NCBI GenBank assembly: GCA_036521575.1
Contig: DATDHL010000638.1
Span: 9,908-73,907 of the forward strand
Direction: 5' to 3'
Length of the DNA stretch: 64,000 bases
Source: Edaphobacter sp.
Lineage (GTDB): Bacteria; Acidobacteriota; Terriglobia; Terriglobales; Acidobacteriaceae
Shown in pieces: positions 31,258-41,178 of the stretch (the first letter of the stretch is position 1; every line of letters starts with the position of its first letter). Below the pieces are notes generated by a model. The model did not search any database. It was not told the DNA's origin and was given only the letters and a program-made list of their open reading frames with translations. The translations under genes and the position numbers were made by a program.

Positions 31258-32727
31258 ATGGACCGTCGCCGCACCGCCGCCCTGGCGATCTGCCTCGCCA
31301 CCGCCGTCACTGCTCTGCACGCGCAAGCCCCAGCACTCCCTCCTGCCGTAGCCAAATTCATCAAAATAAATGGCCCACGCACGCTCCTCACCCATGTGCG
31401 CATCATCGACGGCACCGGTGCCGCTCCCCTCGAAGACCAGTCCATCCTCATCGCAAACGGCAAGATCACCAGCATCTCGAAAAACCCCACCGCCAGCCAA
31501 GCCCAGGTCCTCGACCTCCACGGCTACACCATCATCCCCGGCCTGGTCGGCATGCACGACCACATGTACTACATCGCCCGGCCCAACTTAGACGCGCTAG
31601 GCAACAACGAGCCGCCCCTTATCGTCCCCCAGATGACCTTCTCGGCGCCGCGCATGTATCTCGCCGCCGGCGTCACTACCCTGCGCACCACTGGCAGCGT
31701 CGAGCCCTACACCGACCTGAACCTCCGCCGCGAGATCGACGCCGGACACCTCCCCGGCCCGCACATGGACGTCACCGGCCCCTACCTTGAAGGCCCCAAC
31801 TCGCCCTTCATGCAGATGCACAACCTCCGCGACGCCGACGACGCCCGCCAGACCGTCCGCTTCTGGGCCGCCCAAGGAGTCACCAGCTTCAAGGCCTACA
31901 TGAACATCACCCGCGACGAGCTGAAGGCCGCCATCGAAGAGGCGCATAAGCTCAACCTCAAGGTCACCGGCCACCTCTGCTCCGTCACCTATCTCGAGGC
32001 CGCGGAGCTAGGCATCGACAACCTCGACCACGGCTTCGTCGTCAACACCCAGCTCGACCCCGACAAGCAAGCCGACCTCTGCCCCAAGACCACCGGCACA
32101 CCCACGCGCCAGAAGATGACCCCCGACAGCCCCGAGGCCAAAGCCCTCTTCAAGCTGCTTATCGACCACCATGTCGCCATCACCTCCACCCTGCCGGTCT
32201 TCGAGGCCGACGGCAACGGACGCCCGCCACTCGAGCCCCGCGTCCTCGCCGCCATGACACCCCAGGCCCGCGAGGCCTACCTCTACGTCCGCAACATCCA
32301 GAGCACCGCGCCCACCGCCCGCCAGAACCCCAACCCGCGCGCCGTCCTCTTCCAGCGCGAACTCGACATGGAGCGAGCCTTCGCCGCCGCCGGAGGAACC
32401 CTCCTCGCCGGACTCGACCCCACCGGCGACGGCCACGTCCTGCCCGGCTACGGAGACCAGCGCGAGGTCGAGCTCCTCGTCCAGGCTGGCTTCCCTCCCG
32501 TCGAAGCCATCAAGATCGCCACCCTGAACGGAGCCACCTATCTCAACCAGCAGGCGCACATCGGCTCCATCGCTCCCGGAAAAAACGCCGACCTCATCGT
32601 CATCAAAGGCGACCCCAGCGCCAAAATCTCCGACATCGAAAACGTAGAGATCGTCTTCAAAGACGGCGTAGGTTACGACTCCGCCAAACTCTTCGACTCC
32701 ATCAAAGGCCGCTACGGCCAATACTGA
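31258..32727 (+). CDS. Amidohydrolase family protein, secreted
   Basis: Signal peptide; IIPGLVGMHDH, GVTTLRT, ATLNGA, GSIAPGKNADL. Confidence 0.92.
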   Translation: MDRRRTAALAICLATAVTALHAQAPALPPAVAKFIKINGPRTLLTHVRIIDGTGAAPLEDQSILIANGKITSISKNPTASQAQVLDLHGYTIIPGLVGMHDHMYYIARPNLDALGNNEPPLIVPQMTFSAPRMYLAAGVTTLRTTGSVEPYTDLNLRREIDAGHLPGPHMDVTGPYLEGPNSPFMQMHNLRDADDARQTVRFWAAQGVTSFKAYMNITRDELKAAIEEAHKLNLKVTGHLCSVTYLEAAELGIDNLDHGFVVNTQLDPDKQADLCPKTTGTPTRQKMTPDSPEAKALFKLLIDHHVAITSTLPVFEADGNGRPPLEPRVLAAMTPQAREAYLYVRNIQSTAPTARQNPNPRAVLFQRELDMERAFAAAGGTLLAGLDPTGDGHVLPGYGDQREVELLVQAGFPPVEAIKIATLNGATYLNQQAHIGSIAPGKNADLIVIKGDPSAKISDIENVEIVFKDGVGYDSAKLFDSIKGRYGQY

Positions 32728-32823
32728 ACTACTTTTTTACCGAGAGCCCGGTCCGTCCCCCATCGCATCTGCATCGAAGCAACAAGCAACTGCTGGCAAC
32801 GCTCACAACTGTCGAGGAGTCCC

Positions 32824-33816
32824 GTGAAGGCAGCAGTCTTCAACTCTTTCCGCCGCACAGTCCCACCCGTTCTAACCGTCCAGGACGTCCCCCGCCCAAA
32901 GCTCGCGCCCGGATACGTCCTTCTCCGCGTCCTCGCCTGCGGAGTCTGCCGTACCGACCTGCACATCATCGAAGGCGACCTCCCGCCCATCCGCCCCTAT
33001 CTCATCGCCGGCCACCAGATCGTCGGCGAGGTGGCGGAAGGAGGCTCCCCAGCGCTACCAGACGGCGCACGCGTAGGCGTCTCCTGGGTCGGAGGAACCG
33101 ACGGCATCTGCCCCTACTGCCTCCGCGGCGAAGAGAACCTCTGCGACAACCCCGTCTTCACTGGCTACACCGTCGACGGAGGTTACGCCGAATACGTCCT
33201 CGTCCGCGCGGGCTTCATCTTCCCCCTGCCCCCCGCGCTGGATAACACCCACGTCGCCCCCCTGCTCTGCGCCGGCATCATCGGCTTCCGTAGCCTGCGC
33301 GTAGCCGGCGTCAAGCCTCGCGAACGTGTCGGCCTCTTCGGCTTCGGCTCCTCGGCCAGCCTCACCATCGCCGTCCTCCGTCACTGGGGCTGCGAGGTCT
33401 ACGTCTCCACCCGCGGCGAAGCCCACCGCGCCGCAGCCACCGCGCTCGGCGCAACCTGGGTCGGCACCGACCAGCAGAGCCCGCCCGTCGAGCTAGACCG
33501 CGCCATCACCTTCGCCCCCAGCGGAGCCGTCGTCGTCAGCGCGCTCTCCAGCCTGCGCAAGGGCGGCGTCGTAGCCATCAACGCCATCCACCTCGACCAG
33601 ATGCCTGCCTTCGACTACGACAAGCTCCTCTGGGGCGAGCGACAAATCCGCAGCGTAGCCAACATGACCCGCGCCGATGCCCGCGACTTCCTCAAGCTCG
33701 CTGGAGAGATTGGCATCAAGCCCCACATCAAAGTCTTCCCTCTCGCCCAGGCCAACGAAGCCGTACATGCCGTCAAGCAGGAGACCGCAGACGGAGCCGT
33801 CGTCATCGTTCCGTAA
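32824..33816 (+). CDS. Zinc-dependent alcohol dehydrogenase family protein
   Basis: CGVCRTDLH, GHQIVG, CPYC...ENLC, PLLCAG, GFGSS. Confidence 0.92.
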   Translation: MKAAVFNSFRRTVPPVLTVQDVPRPKLAPGYVLLRVLACGVCRTDLHIIEGDLPPIRPYLIAGHQIVGEVAEGGSPALPDGARVGVSWVGGTDGICPYCLRGEENLCDNPVFTGYTVDGGYAEYVLVRAGFIFPLPPALDNTHVAPLLCAGIIGFRSLRVAGVKPRERVGLFGFGSSASLTIAVLRHWGCEVYVSTRGEAHRAAATALGATWVGTDQQSPPVELDRAITFAPSGAVVVSALSSLRKGGVVAINAIHLDQMPAFDYDKLLWGERQIRSVANMTRADARDFLKLAGEIGIKPHIKVFPLAQANEAVHAVKQETADGAVVIVP

Positions 33817-33828
33817 GGAGTTCTTTGT

Positions 33829-34893
33829 CTACTTGGCCGGCATCGGCACGCCCTGCGGCAGTGAGCGGTTGCGATCCTTAAGCCACTCAAGAGGAATCTT
33901 CTTAATCGACTTATTTCGATCACTCAAGTCCGGCATGAATATTTCGAGCCCAGCCTCTGGCGTCATCCGACTGACACCATTGACGAGTTGCGCCTGGTAA
34001 TTGACCAGATCAAGATCAAACCAGGCGTCATCCGATGCGTCGATCAGAGTAAGGTCAGCCTTGTGCATGGTAAGCTTGCCGAAGTCGACCGTACCCCCCT
34101 CGAATCGCAGGAAATTGTGCCACTGGGCGAGCCTTGTCTCGTCGTTAGGAGCGTTGCCGTAGATCAGCACAAGATCGGGCGCCGCCACCGTGATACTGGT
34201 CAGCAGCCCACGAATATGGGGCGGCGGCAGCAGCTTCGTCGTATCCAGGTAAAGATCGTTGCCCGAGACCTCGACGCCCGACACAGGCGTAGAGCCCACA
34301 ATATCCTTGATGTCCACGTGAAGCCCACGCATCAAGCCTTTCACCGGAACCCTCAGCACGCCGATCCTGGTGATGTGCAGATGAACGCGCCCATCCGGCA
34401 TGGCCGAGATCGTGCTGACCATCTCGACTGGCAGCGGCATCAACAGCTTATGCAGAGTACCGCTGATTTTGAGTTGATCTCCCTCACCCGTCACAGCGAT
34501 CTTCTTGAGCGGAGATCCAGCCATGTTCGTGTTGAGGAAGATGCCGATGTCGCCGAGATTCGCGTGAATGACGCCCTTCTCGATAAGGAAGACAAACGAC
34601 TCTGGATCATCGAGCGAAGGCTCATCGTCCTTTCGGGTTCGCAGCATCTTGCCACGAATCCAGCGAACGTAGATACGAAAGTCCGGCCCTTTGCGCAACA
34701 TCAGGTTGTGCGCGTAAACCGTCGTCGCTCCGTCGTCATGAGCGATCACAACGCTTGGTGCCGGTACAGGCGCCGGGCTGGTCATTGGCTGGCTTGAAGC
34801 ATCAGGTCTCGTACGCACCGGCCACACAAGCCAGACGAGGAAGAGCACAACCGCGACCAGTGCAGCAAAAAGCGCGTAGCGTGAAGGGCTCAT
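33829..34893 (-). CDS. Membrane-anchored hypothetical protein
   Basis: Single N-terminal TM helix, Pro-rich linker, beta-rich domain. Confidence 0.75.
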   Translation of the reverse strand: MSPSRYALFAALVAVVLFLVWLVWPVRTRPDASSQPMTSPAPVPAPSVVIAHDDGATTVYAHNLMLRKGPDFRIYVRWIRGKMLRTRKDDEPSLDDPESFVFLIEKGVIHANLGDIGIFLNTNMAGSPLKKIAVTGEGDQLKISGTLHKLLMPLPVEMVSTISAMPDGRVHLHITRIGVLRVPVKGLMRGLHVDIKDIVGSTPVSGVEVSGNDLYLDTTKLLPPPHIRGLLTSITVAAPDLVLIYGNAPNDETRLAQWHNFLRFEGGTVDFGKLTMHKADLTLIDASDDAWFDLDLVNYQAQLVNGVSRMTPEAGLEIFMPDLSDRNKSIKKIPLEWLKDRNRSLPQGVPMPAK

Positions 34894-35009
34894 AGGCAAT
34901 GTGAGGTGGCCGCGGAAACTCCTGATTCTCTTGCTTATAGGATGCAAGCGCCTGCGATACAGTCGCCCTCGGATTGAAGGGCTCTCACGCAAGCCGTCAA
35001 CACATTACC

Positions 35010-35048
35010 TTGACACATAGATTATCCGTAAGCTATCACTTACCGTAA
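35010..35048 (+). promoter_or_regulatory. Sigma-70 promoter (TTGACA-N18-TATCAC) overlapped by a GTAAG-N6-CTTAC palindrome, likely the ArsR operator
   Basis: TTGACA at 35010-35015; GTAAGctatcaCTTAC at 35028-35043. Confidence 0.55.
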
Positions 35049-35417
35049 GTGAATACTTACCTACAAGCCGGGCTCGACGCCCTCGGCGACGGCACCCGCA
35101 TGGCCATCTTCCAACGACTGGCCAACGGACCCATGGCCGTTCACGAACTCGCAGGAACCCTTCCCGTCAGCCGTCCGGCAGTCTCACAGCATTTGCGTGT
35201 ACTCAAGGACGCGGGCCTCGTCACCGACAGGAAGACCGGAACCCGCCGCCTCTACCAGTTAGATCCGGAAGGAGTCGCTCGCCTACGTGCGCACTTTGAC
35301 CAGGTCTGGGACAAGGCCATGAGCGCGTTCCAGGTCTCTGTTACCTCTCAGAGAGTCGCACCACAGAAAGGGGAAGAAAAGCATGCCAAACACCGTAGCA
35401 GGAGCCGTCGTCCGTAA
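35049..35417 (+). CDS. ArsR/SmtB family regulator
   Basis: ALGDGTRMAI, VSRPAVSQHLRVLKDAGLV. Confidence 0.92.
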   Translation: MNTYLQAGLDALGDGTRMAIFQRLANGPMAVHELAGTLPVSRPAVSQHLRVLKDAGLVTDRKTGTRRLYQLDPEGVARLRAHFDQVWDKAMSAFQVSVTSQRVAPQKGEEKHAKHRSRSRRP

Positions 35418-35874
35418 AAACGTACGCGTTGATGTTCCCATCGAGCACGCTTTCTCGGTCTTTGTAGAACAAATGGAAACCTGGTGGCCCGCCGAACATC
35501 ACATCGGCGAGAAACCCTTCCAGTCAATCATCGTCGAACCCCGCAAAGGAGGCCGTTGGTACGAGCGCGACGCCGAAGGAAACGACTGCAACTGGGGCCA
35601 CATCCTCGCATGGGAGCCGCCGCATCGCGTCACCTTTTCCTGGCACCTCGGCCCGGACTGGAAGTTCAATCCTGACCTCGCCAAAGCCAGCGAAGTCGAG
35701 ATCCGCTTCACCGCCGAAGGCCCCTCCGCCACCCTCGTCGAACTCGAGCACAGCGCGCTGGAGCGCCACGGCGAAGGCTACGAGAAGCTCCGCGAAATGC
35801 TCGACACCCCCAACGCCTGGAGCCGCACTCTCACCGAGTTCGCCAAAGCAGCTAATCAGGAGAGCAAAGCATGA
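35383..35874 (+). CDS. SRPBCC/AHSA1 domain protein
   Basis: WEPPHRVTFSW, SEVEIRF, TLVELEH. Confidence 0.88.
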   Translation: MPNTVAGAVVRKNVRVDVPIEHAFSVFVEQMETWWPAEHHIGEKPFQSIIVEPRKGGRWYERDAEGNDCNWGHILAWEPPHRVTFSWHLGPDWKFNPDLAKASEVEIRFTAEGPSATLVELEHSALERHGEGYEKLREMLDTPNAWSRTLTEFAKAANQESKA

Positions 35875-36311
35875 AGCCCGTCATCTTCCTGCGCATCGCA
35901 TCTGTCCTGACGTTCATTCACGCTGTCCTCCACACCATTGGAGGCGTCTTCAGCTCGCCGGACCCCGGTCCGCAACAGACAGCGGTGTCGGCGATGAAGG
36001 CAAACACCTTTCAGGTCTTCGGCGCGACCCGAAGCTATTGGGATTTCCACATCGGCTTCGGCCTCGCCGTCAGTATCTTTCTGACGGCCGAAGCCATAGT
36101 CTTCTGGCAGCTTGCCTCAATGGCAAAGACAGACGCCCTCCGCCTCCGCCCAATCCTCATAACGTTCATGGTGGCCTATCTTGTCTTCGCCGTGGTCTCC
36201 TGGACGTACTTCTTCCCGCCACCGGTGATCACCGAAGTCTTTATCACTCTCTGCCTCGGCGGAGCCATCGCGACCTCCAAATCGACCGCCACTGCCGTTC
36301 ACCCTTCCTGA
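35871..36311 (+). CDS. Small multi-TM membrane protein
   Basis: ATGA-coupled to the upstream gene; about four hydrophobic segments. Confidence 0.8.
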   Translation: MKPVIFLRIASVLTFIHAVLHTIGGVFSSPDPGPQQTAVSAMKANTFQVFGATRSYWDFHIGFGLAVSIFLTAEAIVFWQLASMAKTDALRLRPILITFMVAYLVFAVVSWTYFFPPPVITEVFITLCLGGAIATSKSTATAVHPS

Positions 36312-36369
36312 GAGAACACCCGTTCGAATTGCCGTGGCTGCCCTCCATCCCCCATCATGGAAGGCAGCC

Positions 36370-37272
36370 ATGAATCTAGCCACGCTCCCCACCGAAGCCC
36401 GCAACCCCGCCTCCGAGCACATCGACCAGCTCTCCACCCTCGACATGCTCCGCATCATCAACGAAGAAGACGCAAAGGTAGCCGCCGCCGTAGCCGCCGA
36501 ACTTCCCAACATCGCCCGCGCAGTCGATGCCATCGCCTCCCGCTTCGAACAAGGAGGCCGCCTCTTCTACATGGGAGCCGGCACCAGCGGCCGCCTCGGC
36601 GTACTCGACGCCTCCGAGTGCCCGCCAACCTTCTCTGTCCCGCCAACACTCGTGCAAGGCATCATCGCCGGTGGAGACTCCGCTCTCCGCACATCCAGCG
36701 AGCGCTCCGAGGACTCGCCCGAACAGGGAAGCCGCGATCTCATCGCAGCAGACTTTACCGAGCAGGACACCCTCGTCGGAATCGCCGCCAGCGGACGCAC
36801 CCCCTACGTCCTCGGCGCACTCGCCCACGCCCGCTCCGTCGGCAGCCTTACCATCTCGCTCACCTGCGTCCCCAACTCTCAGATGGCCGCAGTCTCCGAC
36901 ATCGCCATCGCCCCCGTCACCGGCCCCGAAGTCCTCACCGGCAGCACACGCCTCAAAGCCGGAACCGCCACCAAGCTCGTCCTCAACATGCTGAGCACCG
37001 GCATCATGATCAAGCTCGGAGCCGTCTACGGCAACCTCATGGTCAACGTGCAGCCCACCAACGCCAAACTCGTCGACCGCGCGCTGCGCATCATCGCCGC
37101 AGCCACCGGAGTTGACCAACCCACCGCCGCGCATCTCCTCGAACAAGCAGGCAACAGCGTAAAAACAGCCATCGTCATGCAAAAACTCACGCTCACTCGT
37201 TCCGCCGCCGAAGCCAAACTCATCGCCGCGAAAGGCAAACTCGCCTTAGCTTTGCAGCCAGTCACAACCTGA
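36370..37272 (+). CDS. murQ: N-acetylmuramic acid 6-phosphate etherase
   Basis: TEARNP, GAGTSGRLGVLDASECPPTF, GPEVLTGSTRLKAGTATK, NLMVNV. Confidence 0.96.
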   Translation: MNLATLPTEARNPASEHIDQLSTLDMLRIINEEDAKVAAAVAAELPNIARAVDAIASRFEQGGRLFYMGAGTSGRLGVLDASECPPTFSVPPTLVQGIIAGGDSALRTSSERSEDSPEQGSRDLIAADFTEQDTLVGIAASGRTPYVLGALAHARSVGSLTISLTCVPNSQMAAVSDIAIAPVTGPEVLTGSTRLKAGTATKLVLNMLSTGIMIKLGAVYGNLMVNVQPTNAKLVDRALRIIAAATGVDQPTAAHLLEQAGNSVKTAIVMQKLTLTRSAAEAKLIAAKGKLALALQPVTT

Positions 37273-37316
37273 GTCGATTGGCCCACCCGTCAATACTCTT
37301 CCCCAATAATTGCCCA

Positions 37317-38099
37317 TTATTTGGCAGTCGGGGCAGCATCACTGTCGCCCTTCACCTCGCAGCCCTTCAGCGTGTAGTCAAAGCTGAAGGAGCCCGGCAG
37401 GGCCATATGAATGCGCTGCGGAACCTCGTAAGGGCCAACCTTCTGATAGTCGAGATTGATGTTTACTACAAGTTTGTTCTCTCCAAATTGGAGAGTCTCA
37501 TCAAAGTTCCGAAAGCGAAACAACCCGTCCTCACCTGCGACAAAACCAAACGTCCCTGCTCCGCTCATCTGTGGAGATTCAAAGTTGGTTCGCGTGATGC
37601 GATAGCTCTTATCCATGTCGATAACAGCCTTGGCTTCGCCCTTAGCCGACTTCATCACATAGCCTTCCGGCGTTGTGGTCAACTCAAAATGCTCTCCGGG
37701 TTTCACCTCAAGCAGTCGCCCGTATGATTGCGTCCAAAAGATTTTAAAGAAGCCCTGCAACTGCTGGCGAAGTCCATCTGACAACTGATTCGTTGAGTCA
37801 CCGTCGATCTTCACCTCGGTGTGATCCGCATCATGGGAAACCACAGAGATTTTGAGCCCCTTAACTTTCTCTATCCGGGCCTTCGTCTCATCCGTCTGCT
37901 CAAGCTTCAGCTGTTGGAAGAGGGCATCCCAATCCATCGCAACCCCACACGAGATCGAACTCGGTACAGGCCCGGTCAGATACATCGACCGCGCCTTCTC
38001 TATCGTCTTGATGTCGCTCTCACTCTGCGCGAGAGCAACCATTGCACTACCAACCAGCATTAGAGAGGCCGCAGCAACACATCGAAAACGCAAACTCAC
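37317..38099 (-). CDS. Secreted hypothetical protein
   Basis: GTG 38099 after AAGGGG; signal peptide ending ALAQ. Confidence 0.7.
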   Translation of the reverse strand: MSLRFRCVAAASLMLVGSAMVALAQSESDIKTIEKARSMYLTGPVPSSISCGVAMDWDALFQQLKLEQTDETKARIEKVKGLKISVVSHDADHTEVKIDGDSTNQLSDGLRQQLQGFFKIFWTQSYGRLLEVKPGEHFELTTTPEGYVMKSAKGEAKAVIDMDKSYRITRTNFESPQMSGAGTFGFVAGEDGLFRFRNFDETLQFGENKLVVNINLDYQKVGPYEVPQRIHMALPGSFSFDYTLKGCEVKGDSDAAPTAK

Positions 38100-38229
38100 A
38101 ACAAGACCCCTTTGACCGTCAAAAAGTAAGCACCACAAAACGTTGAACCACAACCAGAAGTCAGACACATACCATCGCGGCATGCATTTTATTGACATGG
38201 CGACAACATAGCCCCTCTATCTTCCTTTT

Positions 38230-39417
38230 ATGGCTTCCATTCGAATCTACACTGTCTTCGCCTGGGCGATGTTAGGATTTACTTCCTCAGCCATCTCTCA
38301 ATCCGCCACCATGCCCACCAATCCTTACCTCGGCCTCATGACCGCCGCCCACGACCACGCGAAGGCCCACGGCGCCCCCACTCCGCTCCTCTCGCCCGTC
38401 GACGCCACGCTTCTCAGCGCCAATCCTCCCGTCGACGTCGCTCAGCTCCACAAAGCCGGCTTCCAGGTCGTCCCCTGGACCACCAACGACCCCGAAAAGA
38501 TGCGCGCACTCATCAACCTCCGCGTCGACGGCATCATCTCCGACCGCCCCGACCTACTCCGCGCAGTCGTCAAAGAAGAAGCCGCCGCCCACCCTGCCGA
38601 CGCCGCCTACTTCTCCACATTCGACATCTCAGCACACCGCGGAGGTCGCGGTCTGCGCCCCGAAAACACCCTGCCCTCCTTCGAGTCCGGCCTAGACCAG
38701 CTCAGCACCACCCTCGAGACCGACACCGGCGTCTCCACCGACCACGTCTCTCTCATCTGGCACGATCAGTTCTACAGCCCGCAGTCTTGCCGCCGCGCCG
38801 ACGGCACCCCCTACACCCTCGAAAACCGCGTCTACCTCCGCGACATCTCCAGCACCGACGCCCAGCGCACCTTCATCTGCGACAAGCTTCACACTGAGTT
38901 CCCCGACCAGAAAAATGACCTCTCCCTCTCGCCCGTAGCCGTGGCCTTCGCCCAGCACGAGCACCTCATCAGCCCCTACGTCCCCACCTACGTCGAGCAG
39001 CTCTTCCGCTTCACCGCCTTCTACGTCGACTACTACCGCGACGGCCCCGGCAAATCGCAAACCCACGCAGCCGAGCGCTCCGCCAACGCCGCCAAAGTCC
39101 GCTTCAACATCGAAACCAAAATCATGCCCCTGCCCAACGACGAACCCGGTAAGCCCCTGCCCTCAGCAACCGGCGAACCCAAAACTAACCACACCGTAGA
39201 CCCGCAAACCTTTGTCACCACGCTCGCCGGAGCCATCGCCCGCAACCACATGGAGAGCCGCGCCGAAATCCAAAGCTTCGACTTCCGCACCCTCATCCTC
39301 ACCGAAGAGCAGTACCCCAAAATCCCCACCTACTACCTCACCGGCAGCCCCAAGATGCTGAGCACTGCCTTCACCCCACCCTCACTGCGCCAGCCTTCAC
39401 CATCAGCCGGGAATTAG
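38230..39417 (+). CDS. Glycerophosphodiester phosphodiesterase, circularly permuted
   Basis: PWTTNDPEKMRALINLRVDGIISDRPD precedes AHRGGRGLRPENTL, ETD, WHD, NIETK, IQSFD. Confidence 0.88.
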   Translation: MASIRIYTVFAWAMLGFTSSAISQSATMPTNPYLGLMTAAHDHAKAHGAPTPLLSPVDATLLSANPPVDVAQLHKAGFQVVPWTTNDPEKMRALINLRVDGIISDRPDLLRAVVKEEAAAHPADAAYFSTFDISAHRGGRGLRPENTLPSFESGLDQLSTTLETDTGVSTDHVSLIWHDQFYSPQSCRRADGTPYTLENRVYLRDISSTDAQRTFICDKLHTEFPDQKNDLSLSPVAVAFAQHEHLISPYVPTYVEQLFRFTAFYVDYYRDGPGKSQTHAAERSANAAKVRFNIETKIMPLPNDEPGKPLPSATGEPKTNHTVDPQTFVTTLAGAIARNHMESRAEIQSFDFRTLILTEEQYPKIPTYYLTGSPKMLSTAFTPPSLRQPSPSAGN

Positions 39418-40383
39418 TAGAACCTTGCCAATCGCGTGGCGGCTCTCAAGAAAACGATGAGCCGCCGCGCCATCACTCAAAGCAAAACTCTTCGCAACCT
39501 GAACCCGAAGCTTCCCCTCCGAGATCATCGCAAGCAACGCATGAGATCTCGCAATCCGCTCCTCCGCGCTCGTCAGCACATTCCAGAGATCCCCTCCGGT
39601 CAGCGACTTCGACTCATCCATCAGCAAGCGCGGATCGACCGGCTCCGGGTCGCCTCCGGACATCCCATAAAACACCGCATGCCCGCCCGTCCGCGCCGCC
39701 CGCAGACTATCGCGAAGCGTAACCCCCACCGAGTCATACACCACTTCGAAACCCCGTCCACCCGCAGTTGCCGCCCGAGCCCTTTCAACCCAATCCAAAC
39801 CCGACAGCAACACCACATCAGCCCCCGCCTTGAGCGCAGCCTCACGCTTCAACTCCGTCGAAACCAGCCCCACGACAAACGCTCCCTCGCTCTTCGCCAG
39901 CTGCGTCAGGTACAAACCCACGCCTCCCGCCGCCGCATGCACAAGCACACTCTCACCCTTCACCAAACGGTGACTGTCACGCAAAAGATACTGCGCAGTC
40001 AGCCCTTGAAGCAGAACCGCCGATGCCGTCTCAAACGAGATCTCATCCGGAAGCGGAATGAGATGATCCAGCGGAACCGCAACATACTCTGCGTTCGCAT
40101 GTGGAGAATCCGCAAAGGCCACGCGATCGCCAACCCTATAACGCGTCGCCGCACCATCCTCAGCATGGATCGCCGCAATAACACCCGCACCCTCATACCC
40201 CAGGATGTAAGGCGGCTCTCCAACCAGATGGTAGTTTCCCCTCCGCCTGTAAATATCGGCAAAGTTCAGCCCAATGGCCTTCATCCGAATCAGAGCCTGC
40301 CCCACGCCCAACACAGGCTCATCAATCTCCCGATACCGCAGAACCCCGGCATCCCCAAACGCGTCAAAGACAAGTGCGTTCAT
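39403..40383 (-). CDS. NADPH:quinone oxidoreductase (zeta-crystallin family)
   Basis: AIGLNFAD, GYEGAG, VHAAAGGVG, VVYDSVG, GKVLL. Confidence 0.92.
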   Translation of the reverse strand: MNALVFDAFGDAGVLRYREIDEPVLGVGQALIRMKAIGLNFADIYRRRGNYHLVGEPPYILGYEGAGVIAAIHAEDGAATRYRVGDRVAFADSPHANAEYVAVPLDHLIPLPDEISFETASAVLLQGLTAQYLLRDSHRLVKGESVLVHAAAGGVGLYLTQLAKSEGAFVVGLVSTELKREAALKAGADVVLLSGLDWVERARAATAGGRGFEVVYDSVGVTLRDSLRAARTGGHAVFYGMSGGDPEPVDPRLLMDESKSLTGGDLWNVLTSAEERIARSHALLAMISEGKLRVQVAKSFALSDGAAAHRFLESRHAIGKVLLIPG

Positions 40384-40433
40384 GCTCTAATCTTCTCACT
40401 CGCGCCGTGACGCGTGCTTTTTATCGCGCCGGG

Positions 40434-41159
40434 CTAAGGCATTCGCCGCACTCCTTCAACGTCCGCCAATCTTCTCAGAATCTCAGCTTTCTCGCGCTCA
40501 AGCACCATGATCGTGTCTGCATTGTCCAGCCCTGGATGTTTTTTCGTGGTTACGTATCTTAGGCGTTCCACGTATCGACCTGTCTGAACGTCGAACACAT
40601 AACCAGTGACGGAGTAGCGATGATCAGCAAAGTGTGTCTCCCCTTTGCTCCAGTAGAAATCTGCTGTAACCAAAACAGGCACAGGAGAAAGAGCTGGAAG
40701 ACTCCAGATGCGATACTCGCTCTGATTGGTAACTGCCACTTTTGGCAGTATATTGGTCATCCGGCCATCGCTCTTATACGCGAGAAGAGCTAACGCACTC
40801 AGCGTCCCGCTACCGCCACCAGAAAAGGTCGAGGTAAACAACAAGAGGCTTCCGCCGCTATTGAGTTCCATTTTTCGCGCTTTCGCATCGAGGCCAAACG
40901 GAGTATCGATCTCTGCACCTTTACTCGAGGGCACATAGCACTGCTCTGTAGCGCCCGAACCCACACAAAGCTGAGCATCAGTTAGGGGCAGTCCATCAGA
41001 ATCGGTCTTCCCATCTACGATCCTGTATGGCGGGAATGGTCTAATCGTCGGGGTTACTGCCTTGGATTGGGCCGCACCATTAGCCACCGCAACACAGAAC
41101 AATAAACCACTCTGAAGTACCCCATACCCAAGGCGCATAACTTTTCTATCGATTCCCAA
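40434..41159 (-). CDS. Secreted hypothetical protein; start uncertain
   Basis: Signal-like N-terminus; lower GC than flanks. Confidence 0.65.
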   Translation of the reverse strand: MGIDRKVMRLGYGVLQSGLLFCVAVANGAAQSKAVTPTIRPFPPYRIVDGKTDSDGLPLTDAQLCVGSGATEQCYVPSSKGAEIDTPFGLDAKARKMELNSGGSLLLFTSTFSGGGSGTLSALALLAYKSDGRMTNILPKVAVTNQSEYRIWSLPALSPVPVLVTADFYWSKGETHFADHRYSVTGYVFDVQTGRYVERLRYVTTKKHPGLDNADTIMVLEREKAEILRRLADVEGVRRMP

Positions 41160-41178
41160 TTGAATGTTTTCAGCGTAT

